Notes under the pieces: generated by a model
What the model saw: only the letters and a program-made list of their open reading frames with translations
Told to the model about the DNA's origin: nothing
Databases searched by the model: none
Program-made: the position numbers and the translations under genes
DNA from: an uncultured Cellvibrionaceae bacterium
GTDB taxonomy: Bacteria; Pseudomonadota; Gammaproteobacteria; Pseudomonadales; Cellvibrionaceae
DNA length: 40,488 nt
Assembly: GCA_964537795.1 (NCBI GenBank)
Contig: CAZICR010000001.1
Span: 1 to 40,488 of the forward strand
Reading direction: 5' to 3'
Part shown: positions 9,335 to 17,852 of the stretch, in pieces
Layout: each line of letters opens with the position of its first letter
How positions within the stretch are numbered: the stretch's first letter is position 1

Positions 9335-11434
9335 TTATTTACTAAAAGGTGAACGCACATCGGTCAAGCTGAACAATTGCGATGGACGATTCAGTTGCTG
9401 GCCACCATCTCTGGAAATCGGGATCCACGGTAATTGACCGCGACCAATAGATGGAGAAATACTAAATACATCAAACGGGAATGACAGATAAAAGCCTTTG
9501 GTAAAGCTGCCTTCACCGTATTCTTTGGCCGATAAGTTGGTTTTAGTGGCATAAGCGCCGACCACAATACCACTGTCAAAACGACGACTGAAATCCACAG
9601 TCACACCATGATCTTTGGCCAGATAACGACCAGCACTGATTCTTAGCATGACATCTTCAATAAATTCAGGTTGCCAGTAGGCAGTGACATGTCCGGTCAG
9701 AACCCGGTAATCAAACAAACCAAAAGTACTATTGTAATCCCGTTGTCCGACATAGTTCAGATCAACCCCCACAGCCAGCCTTGAATCAACCGGTCGATAG
9801 AGCACTTCTGCACCACCACCGCTGTACATAGTTTCTAGCACACCGGCATAGGCTTGGGCATACCAATCTTTTTGCAGATCGGACTTCCATAAACCAAACA
9901 AATTTTCCAAAGCTACATCATTGCCTTGTACATATTCCCGCACCAAGGTTCTCACCCGGGGAACACCAGTTTCAAAAACATCCCGGGTAAATTTAAACTC
10001 ATCAAAGTTAGTGAGCAGATTCACTTTCACCGTTGAATTTAGTGACCAATTGCTATCGAGGTTATAACCGGCACTGAGCAATGCACCGCCCTGGTACATA
10101 TAAAACCGTTCGGGACTGCCAAAGGTTTGGATCCAAAATAAGTCAGCGTTGGTGTAAAAACCGGAATTATCGACAATCATGGCCCAGTCGCTGTTGACCG
10201 GTGCCGGGTGTTGCCGCGACACCGCCGGTGTTAACTGCGCATCCAAACTGTCCCTACGGGCAAAATGGACAAACTTATCGGCATCAATCACGGTCTCAAC
10301 CATCGGAATAGCACCAGAAATTTCTGTCACCCGATAGCTTTTGACAGTCTCAGGTAATTCCGTCGCCAGCACCCTGCCAATCCGGTTGATAAACTCATCC
10401 TGATTACGATAATTCAGCGAATACCCCTGCAGAATAACCGTATCCGGCAGCAACTGATATTTCTGCACCACAAAACCGGCTTCATAATACAGCTTATAGC
10501 TAAGGTCAAACCTATCCACTTGCTTAGTCGCAGCAGGCAATTGATCCGGCACCAGTCGCGGCGCTGGTGCAATTTTGATCTGACTGGCAGTATGGAAGTT
10601 AAAGCGATAATTGACGCCAAAGCCCATGGTGTTGCCACGTTGCCGACTCAGGGTTAAATCCAATTGGTCGTTATAACGATAAACCGCCGCGTAGTTCCAG
10701 GCGCTATCCTGTTTCAGCACGCCAGCCCGGTCAAACTGATAGGTATTGCTATCATATTCCAACTGAAGTTTTAATGGCTGCCATGGCGTCTGATATTCGA
10801 AACCACCATAGATAGCGGCAGGGCCTTTAAAAAAACGTTGGGTATCAAAACCACCGCCGCTGCCACGAAAGCCACGGGGTCTTTTACAAAAACGATCGGC
10901 CAGCTCACAAAACGGATTATCGATATTGCCACGATTGCCAAGATAACCCCAGCCGATACCTAAATGCAGATCAAGATCGCCCCAACGCTTCGCCAGTGCA
11001 ACATACTCACTTTCGAAAAAACCAGTGCCGCCAAAGTCCCTGAAACCAGCCGAAACGGCCGGTAACCAGGCCGACTCCTGCCACAGCCTGAATTTAACAT
11101 CGATGCCTTTGTCTTTGAGCGTCTGATCGCCAGAAAAGCCAGGGTCCGCACTATATAAACGGGTACGAACATCGGTATAACGGACTGTAGTTTCCATCCA
11201 GGGAAATAACTGCATTGACGCAGTCCAGAAACGGTATTCCTCGTTATCGCGATAGCCAAGGCTAAAATCACCTTCAGCGTTCATCCGGGCGGTTGGCATC
11301 TGGATCAAGCCAACACCACCCTGATTGAGCTGGCTATACACTGGCATAGGTGCCAGTTCAACATCAGCCCAAGCCGACTGACAGGCCAGCGTTAACAACG
11401 ACCAACGCAATACTTTCACTTGATACCACTTCAT
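9335..11434 (-). CDS. yjbH: YjbH/GfcD family outer-membrane beta-barrel (group 4 capsule type)
   Basis: Signal peptide; GGVGLIQMPTARM, DFGGTG.F.SEY, GRYLAKD.G, YGEGSFTKGFY and RDGGQ motifs; last gene of the yjbFGH order. Confidence 0.92.
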   Translation of the reverse strand: MKWYQVKVLRWSLLTLACQSAWADVELAPMPVYSQLNQGGVGLIQMPTARMNAEGDFSLGYRDNEEYRFWTASMQLFPWMETTVRYTDVRTRLYSADPGFSGDQTLKDKGIDVKFRLWQESAWLPAVSAGFRDFGGTGFFESEYVALAKRWGDLDLHLGIGWGYLGNRGNIDNPFCELADRFCKRPRGFRGSGGGFDTQRFFKGPAAIYGGFEYQTPWQPLKLQLEYDSNTYQFDRAGVLKQDSAWNYAAVYRYNDQLDLTLSRQRGNTMGFGVNYRFNFHTASQIKIAPAPRLVPDQLPAATKQVDRFDLSYKLYYEAGFVVQKYQLLPDTVILQGYSLNYRNQDEFINRIGRVLATELPETVKSYRVTEISGAIPMVETVIDADKFVHFARRDSLDAQLTPAVSRQHPAPVNSDWAMIVDNSGFYTNADLFWIQTFGSPERFYMYQGGALLSAGYNLDSNWSLNSTVKVNLLTNFDEFKFTRDVFETGVPRVRTLVREYVQGNDVALENLFGLWKSDLQKDWYAQAYAGVLETMYSGGGAEVLYRPVDSRLAVGVDLNYVGQRDYNSTFGLFDYRVLTGHVTAYWQPEFIEDVMLRISAGRYLAKDHGVTVDFSRRFDSGIVVGAYATKTNLSAKEYGEGSFTKGFYLSFPFDVFSISPSIGRGQLPWIPISRDGGQQLNRPSQLFSLTDVRSPFSK

Positions 11435-12198
11435 TATTTATACACTCTGGATTGCAGCAATTGCAGTAGTTGCTGGTTGAGATCTTGCCATGGTTCCGGT
11501 AACCATTTGGCAGGCACAGGCACGAATAACAAACTACCCGGTGGTAATTGCTGCAAATGACGATTCCAACTGGCAACAGGTAATTGAATGGCAGCAGCAC
11601 CGGCTTGTAACCAATAAACCTCATCAATGCCACTGTGATCAATACCATGTGCTTGCGCTACATATTGATAAGCCAAAGTACCCGCTTTATGTTCCACAAA
11701 GGCATCACCACCTAAACCGGTCAGGGTGATAAAACCAGGTCGCCGTTTGGCTTGCAATAGGTACATACCGGCATCAAGTTTAGGGTTAAACTCAGCTCGG
11801 GTCCGGCTCAAATCTGGGTCCAGCGCGAGTGGTAGCGGTTGGGCCAGTCGCCAGTTGGCTAATTGACTGTGTAACTGCATAAAATTCGCAGCCACCAGCG
11901 GTTGTGCATGCCAGTGAATGCTTAATAAACGTAATTGTTCCAGTACCGCAACACGCAACTGCTCAGACGCCACTATCTGGTCAGGGTCAAGCTTATATAA
12001 GCGCGCAGTCGGCCAGTACACACTGATATCACTGCTGGCTGTTAACAACACTTCAGCTAAGCGCGGTTGTTGGAAAAAACCATGCTGCTGGCCATTAAAT
12101 TCCACCAGCACTGCGGGCGATTGCGCTTGCAGAGCGGCGGTCACAAACAAACAGAACCCAGCCAGGCAACGGCGATACACAGATAAATTAGGACGCAC
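11434..12198 (-). CDS. yjbG: YjbG/GfcC family capsule biosynthesis periplasmic protein
   Basis: Signal peptide; QPRL, LDPD...NPKL..G.Y.L, WN...PG..LFVP and LNQQ pattern; lies between yjbF and yjbH. Confidence 0.8.
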   Translation of the reverse strand: MRPNLSVYRRCLAGFCLFVTAALQAQSPAVLVEFNGQQHGFFQQPRLAEVLLTASSDISVYWPTARLYKLDPDQIVASEQLRVAVLEQLRLLSIHWHAQPLVAANFMQLHSQLANWRLAQPLPLALDPDLSRTRAEFNPKLDAGMYLLQAKRRPGFITLTGLGGDAFVEHKAGTLAYQYVAQAHGIDHSGIDEVYWLQAGAAAIQLPVASWNRHLQQLPPGSLLFVPVPAKWLPEPWQDLNQQLLQLLQSRVYK

Positions 12199-12910
12199 TC
12201 TGCACCTCAGCTGGCAATAATTTAAAAGCGCTACTGATATGGGTCAACTTCATCACAGGCGCAAAGGCTGCGGCTTGTTGCTGGCTTTGCAACAAACGCC
12301 CACTCCGACGTTCAAACCAAAACTGATTGATAGCAGTACTCTTGTCGGCAAAGGTTACTTCTTCCTGCACCAATACGGCATCAAACTGCTGTTGCAGTAA
12401 TTCCAATGGAACAGCTTCAATGCTGATAATGACCAATTTTTGTAACTGCCCAGTTTGTGCTGGTGCTGACCAGTCTAACAGCCGTTCAAACTGATCCCCT
12501 ACCTGAATTTGCGCCAAGGGTTTTGATAATGGATCTACCCCTTGATTCACACTTGCCGCTAAATCTAACGCAAAACCTGTGGTTTTCACCAAACGGCCTT
12601 GTTGCAAAATGAGTAAAGCCCGATCCGCCGAAAGCCATTTCTGTTGGCCCCGCTCATCATAAGCCAGCACTAACACTGCCTGTGGCAGACTTCCCACCTT
12701 GGCATACAAAGAGTCGTACGGCCTTTTTGCCAGGTCGGCACGGCTTAGTTGCACATCAGCTGGCGGAAAAAACACATAGCTGAGCGTATCCTGATAACCT
12801 TTGGTGGTTCCAGAGCATTGACTTAACAAAGGCAAACAGGCCAATAACAGCCAGCGGGCAGAAATGAGATTGGAACAGCAGCTGCGCAAATTTTTATCCT
12901 TTCTTTGCAC
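12188..12910 (-). CDS. yjbF: YjbF/GfcB family lipoprotein
   Basis: Hydrophobic stretch plus lipobox-like LSQC; PY.SLY, KWLSAD...GRLVKT.G and NQFW motifs; exact start uncertain. Confidence 0.82.
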   Translation of the reverse strand: MQRKDKNLRSCCSNLISARWLLLACLPLLSQCSGTTKGYQDTLSYVFFPPADVQLSRADLAKRPYDSLYAKVGSLPQAVLVLAYDERGQQKWLSADRALLILQQGRLVKTTGFALDLAASVNQGVDPLSKPLAQIQVGDQFERLLDWSAPAQTGQLQKLVIISIEAVPLELLQQQFDAVLVQEEVTFADKSTAINQFWFERRSGRLLQSQQQAAAFAPVMKLTHISSAFKLLPAEVQSAS

Positions 12911-13054
12911 CTAAACAATTGAAGAATACCCTATTTCCGGCTAATTGTTGAGTGTTGTTTTGCCTCAGGTTGCCCCAGGTACAACTACAGCACGGCAGAA
13001 AATTCAGGCTCAGACTCGAGGTGTAATAGCCGACACTGTGTGGAGCGATCATCT

Positions 13055-13392
13055 GCAGACCGGACTCAAGACCAAGCCATGACGGACGACTCGACGCTTG
13101 ATGTCTAACGGACATGATGGGTAAAGGTTGTGATGAGGCAGAAGACGTGTTGGACTGCCGCTGCGCGTCGAGTCCAACCTACAGTTCAGTGAAAGCAACC
13201 TACTGATTTATATAACATAACCTGCAGGTCAGACTTGCCACGACGTGCGGCACGGCTTGTCGGGGCAATCATGGTGGATAATGCTTTTCACAAGCAATGT
13301 TGGACTGCCGCTGCGCGTCGAGTCCAACCTACAGATCTGTGAAAGCAACCTACTGATTTATATAACATAACCTGCAGATCGGCGGGGCAATC
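13055..13392. repeat. BIME-like array of alternating GTAG-type REP sequences
   Basis: 80-bp direct repeats 13148-13227 and 13298-13377 (78/80 identical, 150-bp period); each reads GTAG-GTTGGACT-14nt-AGTCCAAC on the minus strand; degenerate opposite-orientation copies begin GCAG at 13055, 13224 and 13374. Confidence 0.85.
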
Positions 13393-13437
13393 TAACGAGT
13401 GGCATCCAAGCTAGTGAAAATTTGCCATGACTCAAGC

Positions 13438-13467
13438 AAAAAAAAAAACCGCCAACGGCGGCTTTTT
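13438..13467 (-). terminator. Intrinsic terminator after the gfcA/yjbE-like gene
   Basis: Minus strand AAAAAGCCGCC-GTT-GGCGG followed by T11, 15 bp after the stop. Confidence 0.85.
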
Positions 13468-13482
13468 GTCACGACCCTACCA

Positions 13483-13866
13483 TTATTTAATGGTTGGCGC
13501 GTAAGTAAAGGTGACAGGTACAGAAACAGTGCTGGTGTTAGTGCCAGTACCAGTAACTGTTACAACTGAAGTAGTACCAACACAAATATTGTTTACTACA
13601 GGATCTGTACCGTTACAAGTTGGCAGTTTAACAGGTGGCTTCTCAACAATAGGCGCATTCTCACTACGATTGTTAGCAACAACAGCAGTTAAAATACCAG
13701 CAGCAATAGCACCAGCTATGATAGAACCAGTTGCGATACCACCGATAGCACCTAAACCAGCACCTGAAGCACTAGCACCTGAACCAGCAGCACCTTGCTC
13801 TTCCTGCTGCGCATTTACTGAAAACGCCATGGCTAATGCCAGACCAAAAACAGCGACTTTTTTCAT
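13483..13866 (-). CDS. Small secreted Gly/Ala- and Thr/Val-rich protein, positional equivalent of GfcA/YjbE
   Basis: AAGGAG RBS; signal peptide MKKVAVFGLALAMAFSVNA; GA-rich hydrophobic segment; Cys pair; Thr-rich tail; directly upstream of yjbFGH. Confidence 0.75.
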   Translation of the reverse strand: MKKVAVFGLALAMAFSVNAQQEEQGAAGSGASASGAGLGAIGGIATGSIIAGAIAAGILTAVVANNRSENAPIVEKPPVKLPTCNGTDPVVNNICVGTTSVVTVTGTGTNTSTVSVPVTFTYAPTIK

Positions 13867-13991
13867 TCCGTTCTCCTTGTGAAAAAAATAAGGCTGATTA
13901 TCGCCAGCATTTGCTGAAATTACAACCTAAAAAAACAAATTACAGATAGTCACTGTTGTAACTGCGATAAATCAGCAACAGGTACAAATTC

Positions 13992-15938
13992 TCAGCCTAC
14001 CTTGACCTGCTCCAGCATCGATTGTTGCTGCTGGCGCCAAACTAAATCACAGTTATCATCGGTCGGATTAAAGCCGGTCGGCGCATCCAGCATCAACTGG
14101 CGCAGAGTGTCAATTTGATAACTGGCACAAGCAATTTCCAACTGACTTAATAACATCGACATTTCTGGCCAGCTTAAAAACACCTCAGAGGCAGTTTTAA
14201 TGCGCGGATGTTTGGTCTCTTGCTCAGAACCGCCAATCAGTAGCTCTTCATAGAGCTTTTCACCAGGCCGCAAACCGGTGACTTTAATTTCAATATCCCC
14301 ATCTGGATTGGCTTTGGTTTTTGGCGCTAAGCCCATCAGATGGATCATTTTCATCGCTAGATCATAAATTCTGACCGGCTCGCCCATATCCAGCACAAAT
14401 ACATCGCCGCCCTGACCCATAGCTCCGGCCTGGATCACCAACTGCGACGCTTCAGGAATGGTCATAAAATAGCGGGTTATATCTTCATGAGTCAGCGTAA
14501 TAGGGCCACCAGCTTTAATTTGTTTACGAAAGAGCGGCACTACTGAACCAGAAGAACCCAATACATTGCCAAACCTGACCATACAAAACCGGGTTTGCTG
14601 CTGACGGCGTGCCAAGGCTTGCAACACCAACTCTGCCAGGCGTTTAGTGGTGCCCATTACGTTGGTTGGCCGCACCGCTTTATCGGTAGAAATCAGCACA
14701 AAGTTTTTTACACCACAGCTAATTGCCGCCTCAGCGGTACGCCAGGTGCCAAACACATTATTACGAACCGCTTCAACCACATTAAATTCGACCAGTGGCA
14801 CATGTTTATAAGCCGCCGCGTGATACACAGTTTCAACCTGATAACTTTGCATCACCTGCAGCAGCCTGTCACTGTCTTGCACTGAGCCCATCACTGGCAA
14901 CAACAGCACATCCAAATTCTGGCTTTTAATTTTTTGCGTCAGTTCTTTATCAATTTCATACAAAGAAAACTCTGACATTTCATACATCAGCAGCGCCTTT
15001 GGACCTTGTTGCAAGATCTGCCGACATAACTCAGAGCCAATAGAGCCACCAGCGCCAGTCACCATGACCACTTTATTGCTGATATTGGCCGTTAACAGAC
15101 TTTGAATTGGCCGCACCGGATCCCGACCGAGCAAATCTTCAATCTTGACGTCCTGCAGTTCATCAATTTTCATCTTGCCTTCGACGATATCCGTCATACC
15201 CGGGATCGTCAGCACCGGCACGCCCAAAGGCTCCAGCCGGTTTAAAATTTCAGCCCGCACCGAGCGTGAAGCCGATGGCAATGCTAATAACACCCGGCTG
15301 ATGGCATATTGTTCCATCACCAGATTAATTTGCGCTGGCGAATAGACTCGCACATCTTTGATCATCACGCCGTGTAAAGATGGATCATCATCCAAAAAGG
15401 CCACAGCCCTAAACTCAACACTATTTTCCAGCGCCAATAACAACTGCCGGCCACTGGCGCCAGCGCCATAAATCAGCACCTGGTGATTAAATTTACGTTC
15501 CCTGGCATGCACTAAAGCGCGCAACGCCAAGCGCGAACCGCCAATCAGCATCAGCGCAATAAACATATAGTTCAGCATGCTGGAGACGGTTAAATGTAGG
15601 CGGAACAATTGATTAGCGATAAACAAAAACATACCGGAAAACATCACGCCCGACACGACGGCCAGTAACGCATGCGAGCCGATAAACCGGACCACAGCCC
15701 GGTACAAGCCTAACTTGATAAATGCCAAAATAGTGCCAGCAAATACTGGCACAAAAAACAGATACAAATTATCGGTGCTTAAGATCAGCTCTCTGGCACT
15801 GCTAATTGAGATAGCAACAGATACCGCTAAAAATAACAACACCACATCGATAGTGACAGAAACAAAACGTTTCCTAAATCGTGACATGGTTAAAAAGCGG
15901 CTGAAATATTTACTAAAAGACAGACTGATTAAATTCAA
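13992..15938 (-). CDS. Membrane-bound UDP-GlcNAc 4,6-dehydratase (WbpM/PglF/CapD family)
   Basis: N-terminal TMs; YGAGASG, DLLGR, TGAGGSIGSEL, AAAYKHVP, STDKAVRPTNVMG, RFGNVLGSSGSV and GLRPGEKLYEEL; AGGAG RBS before TTG start. Confidence 0.95.
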   Translation of the reverse strand: MNLISLSFSKYFSRFLTMSRFRKRFVSVTIDVVLLFLAVSVAISISSARELILSTDNLYLFFVPVFAGTILAFIKLGLYRAVVRFIGSHALLAVVSGVMFSGMFLFIANQLFRLHLTVSSMLNYMFIALMLIGGSRLALRALVHARERKFNHQVLIYGAGASGRQLLLALENSVEFRAVAFLDDDPSLHGVMIKDVRVYSPAQINLVMEQYAISRVLLALPSASRSVRAEILNRLEPLGVPVLTIPGMTDIVEGKMKIDELQDVKIEDLLGRDPVRPIQSLLTANISNKVVMVTGAGGSIGSELCRQILQQGPKALLMYEMSEFSLYEIDKELTQKIKSQNLDVLLLPVMGSVQDSDRLLQVMQSYQVETVYHAAAYKHVPLVEFNVVEAVRNNVFGTWRTAEAAISCGVKNFVLISTDKAVRPTNVMGTTKRLAELVLQALARRQQQTRFCMVRFGNVLGSSGSVVPLFRKQIKAGGPITLTHEDITRYFMTIPEASQLVIQAGAMGQGGDVFVLDMGEPVRIYDLAMKMIHLMGLAPKTKANPDGDIEIKVTGLRPGEKLYEELLIGGSEQETKHPRIKTASEVFLSWPEMSMLLSQLEIACASYQIDTLRQLMLDAPTGFNPTDDNCDLVWRQQQQSMLEQVKVG

Positions 15939-15984
15939 ACAATACTCCTTGCCACAACAAACCCGGTATCAACAAAGCATCAGC

Positions 15985-16536
15985 TCAGCGCTGAATGCGA
16001 TCACCGGCGCCCTTGCCTGCCACGGTTTGCAAAATATATTGAAAATACGCCTTTAATGTCAGTTGCGCCAGCATGCGGGCATCCGTTTCAGCCAGTAACA
16101 CCGGCGTCGACATATCTATTTCATTCACCTGGGCCAAACCGGTAATGCCTGGGCGATAGGTAAATACACCACGTTGTTGCCGCTCATGAATAAGCTCTTG
16201 CTGATTAAACAAACAAGGCCGCGGGCCAACAAAACTCATGTCACCTTTGAGCACATTCCATAACTGTGGTAACTCATCCAGTTTGCTGCGCCGTAAAAAA
16301 CCACCAAATGGGGTAATAGCATCAGCACTGGCTAAATGCGTGGCTACTGAAGCGGTGTCAGGTTTCATGGTGCGAAACTTGACTAAGGTAAATGGTTTTT
16401 GCTGGCGACCAACCCGAATCTGCCGGAAAATAGGTGAGCCGGTATCAAACAAACCAATCAAAGTAAGTAGCACTAATAGCGGAAATCCCAGCACTAAACC
16501 GGTAAAAGCCAGCACTATATCTAACAATCGAATCAA
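15985..16536 (-). CDS. Small phosphoglycosyl (undecaprenyl-phosphate sugar) transferase, initiating enzyme
   Basis: KFRTM and LDELPQLWNVLKGDMSFVGPRP, RPGITGLAQV; real start taken as TTG at 16536 (AGGAG 7 nt upstream), 183 aa. Confidence 0.9.
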   Translation of the reverse strand: MIRLLDIVLAFTGLVLGFPLLVLLTLIGLFDTGSPIFRQIRVGRQQKPFTLVKFRTMKPDTASVATHLASADAITPFGGFLRRSKLDELPQLWNVLKGDMSFVGPRPCLFNQQELIHERQQRGVFTYRPGITGLAQVNEIDMSTPVLLAETDARMLAQLTLKAYFQYILQTVAGKGAGDRIQR

Positions 16537-16660
16537 AGTTGCACTCCTAAAGCAATGGCAGCAAGCTGCATGGCGGCGAGTTTGCCAGAGCCGCCGCACA
16601 AGTGCAAACTGGAAAGTGGCCACGCGCTGAAAAAGTCGATTTCTGCTGCAAGCAGCGCTA

Positions 16661-17845
16661 TTATTCCGCTTGTGGTGCTGAAGCCTGGCTGAACTGATGG
16701 ATATCCTGTGCCATGCGTTGCATGATGCTGCGGCGCAAGTATTTGCTGACAAATACACTGCGGTCCACCTGCGTCAATGCTAAAGAGTCCAACGCAAGTT
16801 TTGCAGAATCATGGTTGCCAGGCGCAAATACAGCTGCGTTTGGCACTTCACGTCGGATAAATTCGGCCGCATAACCAGCCACCCCTGCCAATACCGGTTT
16901 ACCAGTGGCAGCATATTCAAAAATTTTCGACGGTAGAACCTTTTCAAAAGCAGGTAAATCATTCAGATGCAAAAATAATACATCAGCTTTTTGGTACTCA
17001 GCCAACAACTGCTGCCGATTCACCGGTGGCAACATTTCGACATTCGGCAGTCGTTGCAGTTGTTGCTTTAATAACAAACGACGTCCACCATCACCAATAA
17101 TACGAAAATTTACATTTGGTAACAGTTTGGCTAATTCCGGCAGGATATGATGCATGCCCTGACCTTCTCCGATATTGCCAGCATAAAGCACGCGTAAGGG
17201 TAAAGCAGGAGTAGTTTGTGCGAGTTGGGTTAGCGGTGTGGCAAAAGTATCATCTATACCATTGGTATAAAAGCGATAGTCTGCTTGCGGATAACGATTG
17301 GCAAAATAATTGCTAAAACCTTCAGAAACCAGGTTGATGCGCTGGGCAGCGCCAAAAGTATATTTTTCCACTGCCGCCACAATGGGCTTTGTCAGCAATA
17401 ATTTCTTGCTGGAGAACACATCATTGATGGTATCTAGGAAAATGTCGCGAATATCCAGATACAAAGGCGCAGCTTGTTTTTTGGCCACGCGGGCACCCAA
17501 AAAGGCAGTAAACAATCGCGATGAAGTAGCAACCACTACATCATAGTGCTGCGTTTTGGTCAGTCGCCGCGCTTGAAGATAAAAACTGATAAAGGATTTT
17601 ATTTGATCAAAAATACCGCTTTTGTGCCGTGGTAAGGCACAGCGATGAATTTGTAAATTACCCTGCTGTTCAAATGCAGGCGCATCTTCGCTAAAGGAAG
17701 CATAACGATTCGGCGCTGTGGTTAGCACTGTAACTGCCAAATCTGGTAGCTTTATTAACTCATTCACCAGCGCAGTGCAGCGGAAAGAACCGGCGCATAA
17801 ATCTGGTTGATAATAAAACGACAACACTAAAATTTTCTTCAACAC
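16661..17845 (-). CDS. GT4-family glycosyltransferase
   Basis: YYQPD, YAGNIGEGQG and LPSKIFEYAATGKP motifs. Confidence 0.88.
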   Translation of the reverse strand: MLKKILVLSFYYQPDLCAGSFRCTALVNELIKLPDLAVTVLTTAPNRYASFSEDAPAFEQQGNLQIHRCALPRHKSGIFDQIKSFISFYLQARRLTKTQHYDVVVATSSRLFTAFLGARVAKKQAAPLYLDIRDIFLDTINDVFSSKKLLLTKPIVAAVEKYTFGAAQRINLVSEGFSNYFANRYPQADYRFYTNGIDDTFATPLTQLAQTTPALPLRVLYAGNIGEGQGMHHILPELAKLLPNVNFRIIGDGGRRLLLKQQLQRLPNVEMLPPVNRQQLLAEYQKADVLFLHLNDLPAFEKVLPSKIFEYAATGKPVLAGVAGYAAEFIRREVPNAAVFAPGNHDSAKLALDSLALTQVDRSVFVSKYLRRSIMQRMAQDIHQFSQASAPQAE

Positions 17846-17852
17846 ACCATCT

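Noticed and set aside
12894-13115. 73-aa ORF upstream of yjbF
   Set aside because: Begins within the REP array and has no recognisable motif.
13148-13377. CRISPR array or integron attC cassettes
   Set aside because: Two 80-bp units with GTAG-REP structure and REP-derived intervening DNA; no cas or integrase and no cassette ORFs.
13511-13882. 123-aa plus-strand ORF
   Set aside because: Antisense shadow of the codon-biased secreted protein, which has the RBS, signal peptide and terminator.
16537-16758. 74-aa N-terminal extension of the sugar transferase
   Set aside because: Overlaps the GT4 gene and looks non-coding; an RBS plus TTG at 16536 gives the typical family length.
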